Source: a virus. From it: 64,000 nucleotides of DNA. The notes beneath the pieces are model-generated. The model ran no database searches and was not told the origin of the DNA. It was given only the letters and a program-made list of their open reading frames with translations. Positions 17,652-28,617 of this stretch are shown here, in pieces. The first letter of the stretch is position 1. Each line of letters starts with the position of its first letter. The position numbers were made by a program, and so were the translations under genes. Location: the IMG/VR virus record IMGVR_UViG_3300026183_000930, positions 1 through 64,000 of that record; one strand, 5' to 3'.

Positions 17652-18944
17652 TTAGCCTCTCAGCGGTTCAATCCAAGTGATGTTTCCGGCCGCTTTCACA
17701 TTGGGCGAATCACCTGTGGCTATAAGACTCAGCACATCTGCTGTGGAGTCTGATCTGCTCAACTGTAGCTCACGCAACTGTGCCGCTGTGAGTGTACCTG
17801 CACTCTTGTTGATCACATAGTTTGTGGCCAATTCTGTGCTGTTGGCTGTGACAGCACTGTCTGTGGTACTGACGTCAACTGCACCATTTGTGTGTGTAGC
17901 AAATGACAGTGGTGTTGCAAAAGTGGCATTTAATACCAATTTAAATTCAATGTTTTGATTAGAATCTGTAAGCACGTTGATTGATGTAGGTATAACAATG
18001 TCATCTAATCTAGCACTATTGAGTTTTATGCTGGCTAGATGATAGTATGTGCCAGTGCTACTCATGGTATAGTAAGTTAGACCTCTGCCTGCCAAATAAC
18101 TCTTACCTGTTAGACTGTAACCACCTGAGCTGACCACTGTGCAACAAATATGTTTGAGTGTGGTAGCTGTGGCAACGCCTGCTGAGTTACTGATTTCATA
18201 TCTCACTGGCAGTGCCGCTGTGGTCATGTAAGTTTCGTCAATTATGTTAGCATGATGAAACTTGTGTGCTACTACAAATGCACCGTCCACAATAAAGCCC
18301 ACTCTCACAGACCCCACTCCCAACCATTCTATATCAACAAACAGGATCTGACTTTTGGTAAAGTCCAGATCAATGCCTGTGGTTCCTGAACTGTCAAGGG
18401 TGTCCACATTCCAATCTGTTTGTGCTATTCTTGTGTTGACCACACTGCCTGATACACTGCTACGTTTCACAATGTACATGGTGTCGCCGTCTTTTTCTAG
18501 ATAAATTCCGTTTTGTGTGCCAAAGTAACCCACACGTTGACAGGTGTTTGTTTGATTGGCACCCATACAAAAAGAAGCAAATATTTCCAATGCTTTACCT
18601 GGTTGATATGGAAAAACTCTAGTTGTTTCCATGACTGCTTCACTGCCATTTGTAGTATCCACCGTCATGTTTACCAAACTAGCATCTGCGTTGTGTGTTA
18701 TAGTTGCACCGTTGACTGCATTGGTCCAAAACTTGTCATTTTGTGCAAATCTGTGCTGACTGTCAAACAGTGTGACTGGTTGTGCTACCTGCTGTCTACC
18801 AAATGCATCCACATTACCATTACCACTGATACTGGTACTGCTACCTGTAGTGGTACGTACTACTGGTTGTCCAAGAGCATTGTACTCCATAGATCCATGA
18901 AGATTCTGTAAATTGTGATCACTTGGGTGTTGATATGTTGACAT
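17652..18944 (-). CDS. putative virion structural protein (beta-rich, DAFGR family)
   Basis: DAFGR..TLFD, YQPGK, RVGYF, WLGVGSVRVGF; TAAATA late promoter and AGGAG SD. Confidence 0.65.
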   Translation of the reverse strand: MSTYQHPSDHNLQNLHGSMEYNALGQPVVRTTTGSSTSISGNGNVDAFGRQQVAQPVTLFDSQHRFAQNDKFWTNAVNGATITHNADASLVNMTVDTTNGSEAVMETTRVFPYQPGKALEIFASFCMGANQTNTCQRVGYFGTQNGIYLEKDGDTMYIVKRSSVSGSVVNTRIAQTDWNVDTLDSSGTTGIDLDFTKSQILFVDIEWLGVGSVRVGFIVDGAFVVAHKFHHANIIDETYMTTAALPVRYEISNSAGVATATTLKHICCTVVSSGGYSLTGKSYLAGRGLTYYTMSSTGTYYHLASIKLNSARLDDIVIPTSINVLTDSNQNIEFKLVLNATFATPLSFATHTNGAVDVSTTDSAVTANSTELATNYVINKSAGTLTAAQLRELQLSRSDSTADVLSLIATGDSPNVKAAGNITWIEPLRG

Positions 18945-19931
18945 CTGTGTCTCCTGCTCTTATAACATATTTATTATAGATCATGATTCTTTTAATAGTA
19001 ATGTAATAATTCTAATAAAAGATCTTTTTGATGATTTGTACTGTCATATCTATCACAGCAGAGATCATGCTCCACACAATCATGCCCACAACAAACATCA
19101 CAAATGTCACAATCATGATCACAATCACTGACCAATACATGAGATCATTCAGCAGTTTCATGATCAGTTCTGTGCCGGAGGTGGGAGTCACATTCTTCAT
19201 TGCTGTTCCTTGGATTTAAAGATCTTTATAAAAATCTTTTTTATTTTTTGCTGTATCTTTTGGATTCTGCTCACAGGTCGGTCATCATTCTGCTGTTCCA
19301 ACTGTTCTATCTGTTTCCAAAACTCTTGGGCATCTTTGTCGCTCATGGTCATAACACATATATACCTAAATAAAATGCCACAGCCACAAACACAATGATC
19401 AATACGCCCTGTGTCACATATGAATTCATTTTAGTCTCTCCCGTTGTAGTCATCTTCCCATGCTTCATAATGAGTCTTTATTGGAGTATCACCTTTCTGC
19501 ATTTTTGTCAGCAATTCACTGTGTTGCTGGTTGCGTTGACGCAGTTGTTCTGCTCTACAAATCTGATACGGCAGTACTCCTGCACGATACGATGAAACGA
19601 GTCCCATAGTAACAGGCACTGCCAGTATCGCCAACATTATCAAAAATGGTTTCACGTACTGCTCCGTTATGATGCCCTACGGCCACACTCAGCACTGTCA
19701 TTATTGCAAACAGTGCCAACAGTAGCCTAATCTTGGACATACATTAGTATTTAACTGAATTTTTAGTGAAATTTTCTGTTGAAAATGCTGGGAAATTTTC
19801 CTTTGTTTTGGTATGTGCTGTACGCCCAATACCAGTCTGATCCGTATTCTGTTTTGCAGAAATTAATAATACCAGAGTCAGGATTATGAGAGCTGAAGAT
19901 ACTCCGGAGAGTTTTATATATTTTCGCCATG

Positions 19932-20084
19932 TTATATCCAATATCCTTTCCTATTCATTAGTTGTTTTTGTCGCCACTCTAGTTCAGCAAGGCTTTCAGA
20001 TTGAGATAACCATTCTTCTTCGAGTTGTTGTTGTGATTTGACTATGAACAAATTACTTAACAAGTTTGTAAGCTTCTTTAACAT
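19932..20084 (-). CDS. small protein, DUF3563-like
   Basis: EEEWLSQSESLAELEWRQKQL resembles the YLAxSxDxxDLExR motif. Confidence 0.45.
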   Translation of the reverse strand: MLKKLTNLLSNLFIVKSQQQLEEEWLSQSESLAELEWRQKQLMNRKGYWI

Positions 20085-20242
20085 TCTTATTCATTCCCAA
20101 TCTCATCATTGTTAACATTTTTGTAAACAATTTCATTTGTAATATCTCCTAATTGATTTTTAATTCGTCATATTAATTTATGACAGAAATCTCTAAAAAT
20201 ACAGTGTTATTTGTCAGCGACTGCTGTGCAGATTCAGTACAG

Positions 20243-21436
20243 TTAACGGTGAGTCCAATGCCAAAGTTCTGGATTGACCTGTTGTAATGTATGGGGAGTT
20301 CTAGGATCAAACACACGAGTAAATTCTCGAAACTGTGCTAAAGCCAATTGATGATACTGTTGTTGGCTTCTGTCACTCACAATGCTTTGCAGATGCTTTT
20401 TCATTTTTGTATTGCTTAATGAATCCAATTGCACATGCAATTGATCTAACTGTTGATCCGACAACACTTTTCTTATGTCAGTGTAGGTTGGTTCATAACT
20501 GAAAGAGTTGACCACTGTGTCCAAATATCCTTTTTGCTCTAACCAGTCTATAAAATTCTGTGCTTTATTAATACTCCATACTGTGTGAGTGGCATGAATT
20601 CTAACTTTGATGTTTTGATTTGTTTTGCTGAAATTGACCCACTGTTCAACATTTTTTTCAAATGTGTTCCACTGCAATCCGTTTCTGATATATTCTGCTA
20701 GTTCACTAGTGGCTTCTACACTGCATCTAAGATCTACTTTGCCAAACAATTTTAATAAATCTAGTACTTTTTGTTTTGGAAATATTGTGGCATTGGTATT
20801 GATTTGTAATTCAACGTTTTCAGGTTTTGTTTGTTTAGACAGTAACTCAACAAATTCTTCAAAGTGTCTTGCCATAAATGGTTCACCACCAAATATACCA
20901 ACCTGTTTTATGTAACTTAAATCTTGAGTTTTTAAAAGTTCAATGACATTTTTTTCATATTCAAATGTTTGTGCTGGTGTTGATTTAACTTCTCTCAAGT
21001 ATTTTTGATCCAGTGTGGTCAAGCCTTTATCATATAAGTCTTTCAAATACACTGCTTCATTGTTCCATTCAGTGCTGAGAGTAGGTTGACAGTATTTGCA
21101 TTTTAAATTGCAAAAATTACTAAAAGAAATCTGTAGCAGAGCTATTTTATTTTCTGGAACAGCACTATCAATTTTTAGTGTCTTTGTTCTCATACTGCTG
21201 TCAGATATCTGTTCTTCTTGATAACAATTATTGCAAGAATTATCTTTTAGATATTCATAATTCCAATTAGGATTCTTTTTAGCTTCTAATAGATCTTCCA
21301 GGCCAGAATACTTTTCATTAGTAAACGGCATTATGTCTGAAAATCTACAACAACTTTTTACACCAACTGTGTTTCCAACAGTTGATGGTGTTAAAAAAAG
21401 TCCATGACTTAACCAACTACAACCTTTATTATTCAT
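20243..21436 (-). CDS. radical SAM protein with twitch-like N-terminus
   Basis: CNLKCKYC, GGEPF. Confidence 0.85.
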   Translation of the reverse strand: MNNKGCSWLSHGLFLTPSTVGNTVGVKSCCRFSDIMPFTNEKYSGLEDLLEAKKNPNWNYEYLKDNSCNNCYQEEQISDSSMRTKTLKIDSAVPENKIALLQISFSNFCNLKCKYCQPTLSTEWNNEAVYLKDLYDKGLTTLDQKYLREVKSTPAQTFEYEKNVIELLKTQDLSYIKQVGIFGGEPFMARHFEEFVELLSKQTKPENVELQINTNATIFPKQKVLDLLKLFGKVDLRCSVEATSELAEYIRNGLQWNTFEKNVEQWVNFSKTNQNIKVRIHATHTVWSINKAQNFIDWLEQKGYLDTVVNSFSYEPTYTDIRKVLSDQQLDQLHVQLDSLSNTKMKKHLQSIVSDRSQQQYHQLALAQFREFTRVFDPRTPHTLQQVNPELWHWTHR

Positions 21437-21469
21437 TTTAATTATTTATTGGCTGTTGAGTTGCCGGTA

Positions 21470-21526
21470 TTATTTCTTCTTTGGGTTAGAAATCATTTCC
21501 CATTCTTCATCAGTATATGGCCACAT
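21470..21526 (-). CDS. 18-aa peptide MWPYTDEEWEMISNPKKK
   Basis: AAGGA SD right after the upstream stop. Confidence 0.45.
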   Translation of the reverse strand: MWPYTDEEWEMISNPKKK

Positions 21527-21538
21527 GTGATTTTTTCC

Positions 21539-21802
21539 TTAATAGTCTTTTACTTTTCCACTCCAAAACGCTACAGTTTTACCTCTCATGTAGTGTTTGC
21601 TAGGTTCGTACTTGCTTTTGGCTTTTTTAACTTTCATTAATCTCACACGAGCCATGTTATGAAATTTTGATTTTTCTTCCAGTATTCTAATTTCTCTATT
21701 GATTAATTCAACAGCTTCATAATTACCCAATAACATCATATGTTGTCTAGCTCTTATGTAGCCTAGTTTAGAAAACCATTCTATTATTCTATGTAAACTC
21801 AT
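21539..21802 (-). CDS. hypothetical protein downstream of structured RNA leader
   Basis: AAGGA SD; YEPSKHYMRG motif. Confidence 0.65.
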   Translation of the reverse strand: MSLHRIIEWFSKLGYIRARQHMMLLGNYEAVELINREIRILEEKSKFHNMARVRLMKVKKAKSKYEPSKHYMRGKTVAFWSGKVKDY

Positions 21803-21830
21803 AGCACTTCATCCTTTATTATATTTTATT

Positions 21831-21960
21831 GGATGCTTAAGGAAAGCAATACCCCGGAACTTCCCCGGCTGTGCAACAGGTCTTTTCCTGTCGTCGCTCT
21901 TGTAAGGCGTGAGTTACGCCCTAGTCTTTCCTAGTGCCACGCACACGAGTGTGTGCCCAA
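21831..21960 (-). ncRNA. candidate structured RNA / 5' leader
   Basis: GC-rich island behind TATAAATA; five hairpins plus 3' pseudoknot. Confidence 0.65.
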
Positions 21961-21990
21961 AGGTATTTATAAAAATTTTAAAAAAAAGCC

Positions 21991-22407
21991 TTAATTATCT
22001 TTTTTTGAAATTCTGTCTCTTAAATCAGTACTACTAAATCTGTGATCTCTACTGTTGAAATACAGTGCAATACCTCTTTGTTGACAAACTTCTTTTCCAG
22101 TAAAGTTTTGGTCTTTGTATTCTTTGCCCAAAATTCTCACATCTATTGGCAGTGTTTGTAGTATATCAACTAAATCATTTTCAGTCTGATAAGGAACTAT
22201 TTCATTAACATATTCTACTGCTTTTAACTGCAAGTATCTTTCAAACATAGTTTGAACTGGAGAATTTTTAGTACGTGGACGATCAATAGTAGGATCACTT
22301 TGCAATCCCACAATCAAATAATCACACTGTGCTTTAGCTTCACGCAACATAACAATGTGTCCTGCATGTAGCAAATCAAATGTACTAAATGTTATTCCTA
22401 CCTTCAT
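21991..22407 (-). CDS. cytidylyltransferase (TagD / glycerol-3-phosphate CT-like)
   Basis: FDLLHAGH, LIVGLQSD, RDHRFSST. Confidence 0.9.
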   Translation of the reverse strand: MKVGITFSTFDLLHAGHIVMLREAKAQCDYLIVGLQSDPTIDRPRTKNSPVQTMFERYLQLKAVEYVNEIVPYQTENDLVDILQTLPIDVRILGKEYKDQNFTGKEVCQQRGIALYFNSRDHRFSSTDLRDRISKKDN

Positions 22408-22546
22408 AATCTAATAATACAAAAAAACACACACAAAATCAACCTCTATTTTATCTCTCATTATCGTATATGTTAATGAACATTGGCATTCTAATTAAAT
22501 AGTATTACAAAGAGCAACGATTAATAATTAACCCAGGAAACACTCG

Positions 22547-22765
22547 ATGAGAAGCAACGAATATACTCGTCGACGGTTACGAAACAAGTACACTGACAAC
22601 AAAAATAATCTTACCAGTGTTCCTGTAACCAACGACAGTAAAGAACAAAATCTAAAAAGGTATCATGAGCTGATAAAACAAGCAGAATCAGAGCAAGATC
22701 CTATTGAAAAAGTCACTCTAGAACAAAGAGCAGAACACTTTAAGAAACTAGCAGAAAACAAATAA
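22547..22765 (+). CDS. hypothetical protein, DUF4167-like C-terminal motif
   Basis: RYHELIKQAESEQDPIEK..QRAEHF; AGGA SD. Confidence 0.55.
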   Translation: MRSNEYTRRRLRNKYTDNKNNLTSVPVTNDSKEQNLKRYHELIKQAESEQDPIEKVTLEQRAEHFKKLAENK

Positions 22766-22807
22766 GTGCCACTTTAATTAGTATGGAACCATGCTATAAA
22801 TATTTGC

Positions 22808-23077
22808 ATGAGGGATATAATTGCAAACATAATGAAACCAAAAAAGTGGAAAAAAATAAAAGCCAAAGCACCAAAAGTGCCCGGCAACACTTGTCCACAA
22901 ATAGATGAGGTGTTGTTGACTTTGGAAAAAATTCAAACAGGACAAAAAAGATTCACACAGTTTCAACATGATCAGTTGATGAAGAAAATGGAAAAACTGC
23001 GTACAGCCAATGAGTCATTACGTAACAGCGGTATCTATTGGTACGAAGTTTGCAAAGACAATCTTAAACCTGAATAA
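22808..23077 (+). CDS. late hypothetical protein
   Basis: TATAAATA-N5-ATG; TCPQID..MEKLRTANESLR. Confidence 0.7.
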   Translation: MRDIIANIMKPKKWKKIKAKAPKVPGNTCPQIDEVLLTLEKIQTGQKRFTQFQHDQLMKKMEKLRTANESLRNSGIYWYEVCKDNLKPE

Positions 23078-23121
23078 TAACATACCAGTTAATTTATAAT
23101 ATTTTTAGTTTAAATATTAGT

Positions 23122-23898
23122 ATGAGTAGACGAAAGCGTGACAAATATCGTCACAAAAAAACTACACATCTAACACCAGAAGAAATTCATGCTTCAGATC
23201 TTATATCAGAAAAATTCAATCCAAACAAAAAAAGAAAGTTACAACCACGTGGATTGTCTCAAAGACAATACGATCGTCTTTTAACTGATTGGTCTAAGTC
23301 ATTGGTGTTTGCTATAGGACCGGCAGGTACTGGTAAAACTTTATTTGCTGTGCATCATGCCATACAGGCTTTCAATTCAAAAGAAATCAGAAAGATAGTA
23401 ATAACAAGACCGGCAGTGTCTGTACATGAAGATCATGGATTCTTGCCAGGAGGCCTTGTGGATAAAATGATGCCTTGGGTCAGACCAATCTTTGATATAA
23501 TGACTGAGTACTGGTCTCCTCAACATGTAAAATGGTTAATGGAAAGTGAACTTATAGAAATTGCTCCGTTGGCTTTCATGAGAGGAAGAACTTTTAAAGA
23601 TGCTTGGATCATAGCAGATGAAATGCAAAATGCAACTCCAGAACAAATGAAAATGATGCTGACTAGAATAGGAGAAAATTCTAGAATGATAATTACTGGA
23701 GACCTTGCTCAGCATGACAGAGGCTATGACAAGAATGGCTTACAGCACATAATTCAAAAAATGGAAAACAGTTCTAGTAGAAGAATATCTACTGTATTTT
23801 TTGGAAAAGATGACATTGAAAGACATCCTGTTGTATCTGAAGTGCTTGATCTTTATGACAATACTGAGTCAGATCAAAAGTTTAAACTATACAAATAG
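23122..23898 (+). CDS. phoH: PhoH-family ATPase
   Basis: GPAGTGKT, ITRPAV, GFLPG, APLAFMRGRTF, DEMQN, TGDLAQHD, RHPVV. Confidence 0.95.
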   Translation: MSRRKRDKYRHKKTTHLTPEEIHASDLISEKFNPNKKRKLQPRGLSQRQYDRLLTDWSKSLVFAIGPAGTGKTLFAVHHAIQAFNSKEIRKIVITRPAVSVHEDHGFLPGGLVDKMMPWVRPIFDIMTEYWSPQHVKWLMESELIEIAPLAFMRGRTFKDAWIIADEMQNATPEQMKMMLTRIGENSRMIITGDLAQHDRGYDKNGLQHIIQKMENSSSRRISTVFFGKDDIERHPVVSEVLDLYDNTESDQKFKLYK

Positions 23899-23926
23899 CA
23901 AATACTTTTTGAATTTACTTAGGAAG

Positions 23927-24253
23927 TTAATTTTGTGCTTCGCCTTCAATTTGATATTGTGGGTTCTTTGGAATCCAACCCTGTGGAGGATCCATCATTT
24001 CTGCTGTATCAATTTGATTCCAAAGATGAACAAATAATTCATCTCTATCTAAATGTATTTCATCACGTGAATCAGTTACATATTCTTCATTAAACTCTAT
24101 AGAGTCTTCAACAACTCTTTCAACATAATCAAACAACTGCTCTTTGTTGTATTCAATTTTACGTTGATAGTCCCAATAAGGTTGTAGATCTGAATAACTT
24201 TTTAACGAAATCATTTGTTTTGTTCCTTCACTACAATTATTTAAGAAACTCAT
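23927..24253 (-). CDS. hypothetical protein
   Basis: ORF track. Confidence 0.6.
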   Translation of the reverse strand: MSFLNNCSEGTKQMISLKSYSDLQPYWDYQRKIEYNKEQLFDYVERVVEDSIEFNEEYVTDSRDEIHLDRDELFVHLWNQIDTAEMMDPPQGWIPKNPQYQIEGEAQN

Positions 24254-24293
24254 GTATATTAATATAGTATATGTTTGTTCAAATTACAAGTGA

Positions 24294-24884
24294 TTAATTA
24301 TTGCTTTTGATTAATTGATAAATTTCTTCCCAAGACTCAACAACATTTACATTGTCTCTTTTGTAATGCATATTGTAATCGTGTTGCATTAACAGAGATT
24401 TTAAACCTTGATTTGATGCAACATTAATATTGTAAATTCTATCATCAATATACCAAAGGTTAGTGTCTTTGAACTTTTTTAAAATTTCATCTTTGGTTTC
24501 ACCAGCACTTAAAAAAATCATTGTGCCAAAACAATCTGTTGGAAAGTAATCTTCTAAATTCAAATATCTATAATATTGGCCAATTGGTTTATCACTGAAA
24601 CTTGTAATACCAATAAATCTCCAACCTTCTTTATAAAATTGATTAATATATTTTACTGAATCTTTATAAGGATTTAGTGTACTTGCAATCATAGAAGTAT
24701 TGAACTCTTCTTTTTTAACTTGTGATTCGTTATAAGGTATATTGAATTGCAGATGAATATCTGCATCGTGATGTGGAACGCCTGAACTAACATAGCCCTG
24801 CATTTCCATCCAGTCGATAAATGATGTGTTCCAATCAAAAACAACACCGTCAATATCAGTTAAAATAATTTTATGCTGTTCCAT
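24294..24884 (-). CDS. HAD-family 5'(3')-deoxyribonucleotidase-like protein
   Basis: DIDGVVFDW, YIDDR, SWEEIY. Confidence 0.8.
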   Translation of the reverse strand: MEQHKIILTDIDGVVFDWNTSFIDWMEMQGYVSSGVPHHDADIHLQFNIPYNESQVKKEEFNTSMIASTLNPYKDSVKYINQFYKEGWRFIGITSFSDKPIGQYYRYLNLEDYFPTDCFGTMIFLSAGETKDEILKKFKDTNLWYIDDRIYNINVASNQGLKSLLMQHDYNMHYKRDNVNVVESWEEIYQLIKSNN

Positions 24885-24946
24885 GATAAGCAATCTCTCT
24901 CTGTATTACAATATTTAAGAGAAAACTTATCGAGAAAAGTAAGTAC

Positions 24947-25201
24947 TTACTTCTTGCCTACAGCATCTAAAATAGCTTCTAGTTCTTCAAATGCATGTTC
25001 TTCATCAGCAAAAGATTGTTTATAGGCCACTTTCACTGCTTTTGATAATATAGTTGGTTTGATATCAAGCTCTTGTGCAATATGTTTTATGGTATCATTT
25101 AAACCAGTTTTAAGGTCTTCCATTTCTTGCATGACTTTTGCACCTTCGTTAACAAGAGTAATCAATTTTGTTCTTTGTTCAGGTCCTATTGTTATTGACA
25201 T
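24947..25201 (-). CDS. T4 DsbA/GapR-like dsDNA-binding protein
   Basis: helical, EMEDLKTGLNDTIKHIAQELDIKPTILSKAVKVAYKQSF pattern. Confidence 0.7.
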   Translation of the reverse strand: MSITIGPEQRTKLITLVNEGAKVMQEMEDLKTGLNDTIKHIAQELDIKPTILSKAVKVAYKQSFADEEHAFEELEAILDAVGKK

Positions 25202-25202
25202 T

Positions 25203-25409
25203 TTATTTTCCTATCTTTTTACTTCTACCCATTGGTAGTTTTTGTGTTATTTCGTAAAGTCCGCCTTTCTTGGCTTCCCATTCTACTTTCACTTGTTTGG
25301 CTTTGGTACCACCTTGAAAACTTTTAACGGCTTTTTTATAACTAACAGCATCTACAGTTTTTGTTTCTTCACCTTCTGCATAAAAGGTGAATGTTCTCAT
25401 ATGAGCCAT
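25203..25409 (-). CDS. small basic hypothetical protein
   Basis: AAGGAGG SD. Confidence 0.7.
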   Translation of the reverse strand: MAHMRTFTFYAEGEETKTVDAVSYKKAVKSFQGGTKAKQVKVEWEAKKGGLYEITQKLPMGRSKKIGK

Positions 25410-25663
25410 AACCCTCCTTAGGTTAAGTTTGTTTAATATGTACAGTATATATAAAATTATTCAACAAGTCAATACAAAAAAGGTTGTATTTTACCAATAT
25501 AGATAAATACTAATTTGATGCACAAGGCTAAAAAACGTCAAAAAACACCTCAGCATCGTCGTTCCGAATACTACGCATATCAATCCAATAATCCACTAAC
25601 CAAATATGTAGAACGTGTTTGTGGAATCAACAGCACAAAACCTAAAAATAAAAGCAAGTCAAA

Positions 25664-25693
25664 AAAATAGGGTGGGTTTTTATGCCCACCCTA
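25664..25693 (-). terminator. intrinsic terminator
   Basis: TAGGGTGGG/CCCACCCTA stem then U-tract on minus strand. Confidence 0.75.
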
Positions 25694-25725
25694 TACTCAT
25701 TGTTTAATCGTTTACAAGTAAACTA

Positions 25726-28617
25726 TTAGTTCAATGCTTTGTACTCAACAAACACTGTCATAGCACCTGCAGTCGGAGTTGCCGCTGTAGAGCCATCTGA
25801 TTGTTTAAATCTAACAGTTAATGTTGAATTACCTGCTGTTGCAGTAGCACCATCTAAGTCGATGATGTATGAACCAGTTGTTGTTACATCTGATTCGTTT
25901 ACAGAAGCAAGTGTTGTTGTACCGTCATCAATTAACATAGAGTCAACTGAACCACCTGAGTAACCTGAAGTCACGTTGATTGCGATTCTTGTTACATAGT
26001 AAGTTGTTGAACCTGCGTTTGGCATTGTACCAATTGTTTCAGTACCGTTACCGTTTGTGATTGATGCTCTGATAGCCAAGTCATCAGTTGCAGTTACAAC
26101 GTTGTCTAGTACCCATCTTCTAGTTACTAGAGCATCGTCATATGTACCAACGTTTGATTCATAACCATTTGGCACGATCACAAGACCTGAACCTTTTGGA
26201 ACGAAACCAATGTTAACGTTAGTGTCATCACCTGTTGCTGATACTAGTGGAGTACCACCTGTAGCCGCGTTAGTAATAGTAAGTTCATTTACAGCAGATG
26301 AAACGCCATCAAAGATTGCGATTTCATTGTCTGATGTATCTGTGATTTTTACTTTACCTTCTGCAGAACCACCTGTACCACCTTTAATTAACACATCACC
26401 TGATGCGTTAGTTGATGTACCGTTACCACCTTTTAATACAAGGTCACCAGCGTCAGAGGCACTTGAAGCACCACCTGAAACTGTTAATGAAGTATCGTCA
26501 TCACCGATAATGATTGAAGCACCACCAGAGTTGTCTCTGATTAATACTCTACCATTTGTACCTTGTGATTCTAACACTAGGTTAACGTCTGCTGTATTAT
26601 CATCTGGATCTACTGCTTTAATAACAACGTTTGCAGATGTGTTAGACACCTGTAATTTAGTGTTGTCATTTACGTTTGCACTGTCGATTTCAAATACAGA
26701 AGTACCTGCTGTGTCTCTTAATGCAGTTACGTAATCATAAGAAATAGTTGTTCCAGTTGATCTTAGGTATTTGTTCGCTGAACCAAGTGTGAACTCTTCT
26801 AAACCGTTAGAAGCGTCACCTCTTAGTATTGAACCTTGAGCAACAGAAGATAAGTCAATACCTGTACCACCGTTTGATAAACCTAATTGACCTGAGAACG
26901 TGTTGTTCGCAAATGCAATAGTTTTATTTGTAAGTGTGTCAGTAGTGTCTGCTAAAACAACTGTACCTGTAGCATTTGGTAAAGTGATAGTTCTATCTGC
27001 TGTTGGATCCGTAACTGTTAAAGTAGTTTCGAATGCGTCATCAGTAGCACCTTCAAATACAAATGCGTTTTGTACGTTGATTGTAGTTGAGTCAACTGTT
27101 GTTGTTGTACCTTGAACTGTTAAGTTACCTGTTACGATAACGTTACCAGTTAATGTTGGGTCATCTACTATGCCAACTGTTAAAGTTTGGCCTGAAGCAG
27201 AAGTTTCGATCTCATTGGCTGTACCAGCAATAGTAAAAGTTTGAGAACCTAAAGAAACAGTTCCTGAACCTGTACCAGCACCGATAGTTTGTGAGATTGA
27301 ACCAGCACCTACGTTGTCGTCAACATATTTTTTAGTTGCCGCTTCGTAATCACTTGTTGGTGTGTTAAGACCAATTAAGTGATAACCGTCTGTGCCGTCT
27401 GTTGAACCTAAGCTGATGTTAGCAGTTGATGTAACACCGTTAAATGTTACTGCATCACCTGTACCTAAGCCTAGAGATGTTCTTGCTGTAGCACCTGATT
27501 CTAACACGAAGTTAGTACCGTCACCAACAATGATGTTGCCATCAGTTGGTGTTAAGCCAGCAATGTCAGCCAATTGTGCATCATAAGCCTGTACGTCTGT
27601 ACCGATTGCTAAACCTAAGTTAGTTCTAGCACCAGCCGCCGTAGTAGCACCTGTACCACCGTTCGCTACTGGCAAAGATCCAGATACTTGTGAAGCAAGG
27701 GCTAATGAACCACCCATGTTCGCAAGGTCTAAGTTTGCTTCAGCAACGTCAAGTGTTAAGTTAGATCCACCACCAACAAGCACACCAGTACCACCTGTTA
27801 CAGTGATTCTTGATGAACCTGCATCAGTTACGTTGTCTAATGATGTTTGACCAGTACCACCATTAGCTACTGCTAATGTACCAGTCACGTCGTTTGTTGA
27901 ATCAGATAAGTCAATTGTTACGTCTAACGCACCACCTACAAATCCAAGTGCTGAGTCGGCCGCAATGTCAACAGCAATATCGTTTGCGTTTGCTGTAATA
28001 CCATCACCACCTACAACGTCAAGTGTGTTACCTGATTTAGTCATACCAGCACCAGCAGTGATTTGACCACCACCAGAGAACTGTGAGAATGCTAATGAAG
28101 TTGTGTCAACTGTGATATCATCATCAGTAGTTAATACAAAACCATTGTCAGCATTTGTTGTACCTTCTTCAACAAAGAAGAAAGCGCCTGCTGTTACTTC
28201 TGAATCTGCATCGAAGTCAGCCGCTCTTGCCGGTGTCGCACCAGCAACGTATACACCGTTTTCAGAACCAGTTACTTGATCTTTAACAAGAACTCTGTCT
28301 CCGTCTGCAAGTGTAATACCATCAATTGTGTCACCAACGTTTAGGTCTGAAGCAATAGTAATAGCCGCTGTTGTAGCCACTCTCACTGATGCTTTTACAT
28401 CAAGACCGTTAATTGTTGAATCTACATATGATTTTGAAGCGATGTCGTTTGCGTCTGACGGATTAGTTGCCACTCTAGCCTGAACTAAAGTTGAACCATC
28501 TGCCGCAGTAAATTTAAAGAACGATGATGATGAATCATATATGATTCTACCGCCGCCTTTACCATACTGGACGTCACTACCGACACCTTTCAAGCCGTAG
28601 TTTTTAATGTCTGCCAT
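25726..28617 (-). CDS. long Gly/Thr-rich tail fibre / virion structural protein
   Basis: KSYVD, GDRVLVKDQ..ENGVY, LPVANGGTGA, DPTADRTITLP modules. Confidence 0.8.
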   Translation of the reverse strand: MADIKNYGLKGVGSDVQYGKGGGRIIYDSSSSFFKFTAADGSTLVQARVATNPSDANDIASKSYVDSTINGLDVKASVRVATTAAITIASDLNVGDTIDGITLADGDRVLVKDQVTGSENGVYVAGATPARAADFDADSEVTAGAFFFVEEGTTNADNGFVLTTDDDITVDTTSLAFSQFSGGGQITAGAGMTKSGNTLDVVGGDGITANANDIAVDIAADSALGFVGGALDVTIDLSDSTNDVTGTLAVANGGTGQTSLDNVTDAGSSRITVTGGTGVLVGGGSNLTLDVAEANLDLANMGGSLALASQVSGSLPVANGGTGATTAAGARTNLGLAIGTDVQAYDAQLADIAGLTPTDGNIIVGDGTNFVLESGATARTSLGLGTGDAVTFNGVTSTANISLGSTDGTDGYHLIGLNTPTSDYEAATKKYVDDNVGAGSISQTIGAGTGSGTVSLGSQTFTIAGTANEIETSASGQTLTVGIVDDPTLTGNVIVTGNLTVQGTTTTVDSTTINVQNAFVFEGATDDAFETTLTVTDPTADRTITLPNATGTVVLADTTDTLTNKTIAFANNTFSGQLGLSNGGTGIDLSSVAQGSILRGDASNGLEEFTLGSANKYLRSTGTTISYDYVTALRDTAGTSVFEIDSANVNDNTKLQVSNTSANVVIKAVDPDDNTADVNLVLESQGTNGRVLIRDNSGGASIIIGDDDTSLTVSGGASSASDAGDLVLKGGNGTSTNASGDVLIKGGTGGSAEGKVKITDTSDNEIAIFDGVSSAVNELTITNAATGGTPLVSATGDDTNVNIGFVPKGSGLVIVPNGYESNVGTYDDALVTRRWVLDNVVTATDDLAIRASITNGNGTETIGTMPNAGSTTYYVTRIAINVTSGYSGGSVDSMLIDDGTTTLASVNESDVTTTGSYIIDLDGATATAGNSTLTVRFKQSDGSTAATPTAGAMTVFVEYKALN

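Noticed and set aside
21831-21960. Cobalamin or c-di-GMP riboswitch
   Set aside because: Lacks the conserved B12-box and GEMM core sequences; kept as an unassigned RNA
25739-27586. Plus-strand ORFs opposite the fibre genes (also 59505-63125, 15402-15974 and others)
   Set aside because: Antisense shadows caused by codon bias; no SD or promoters
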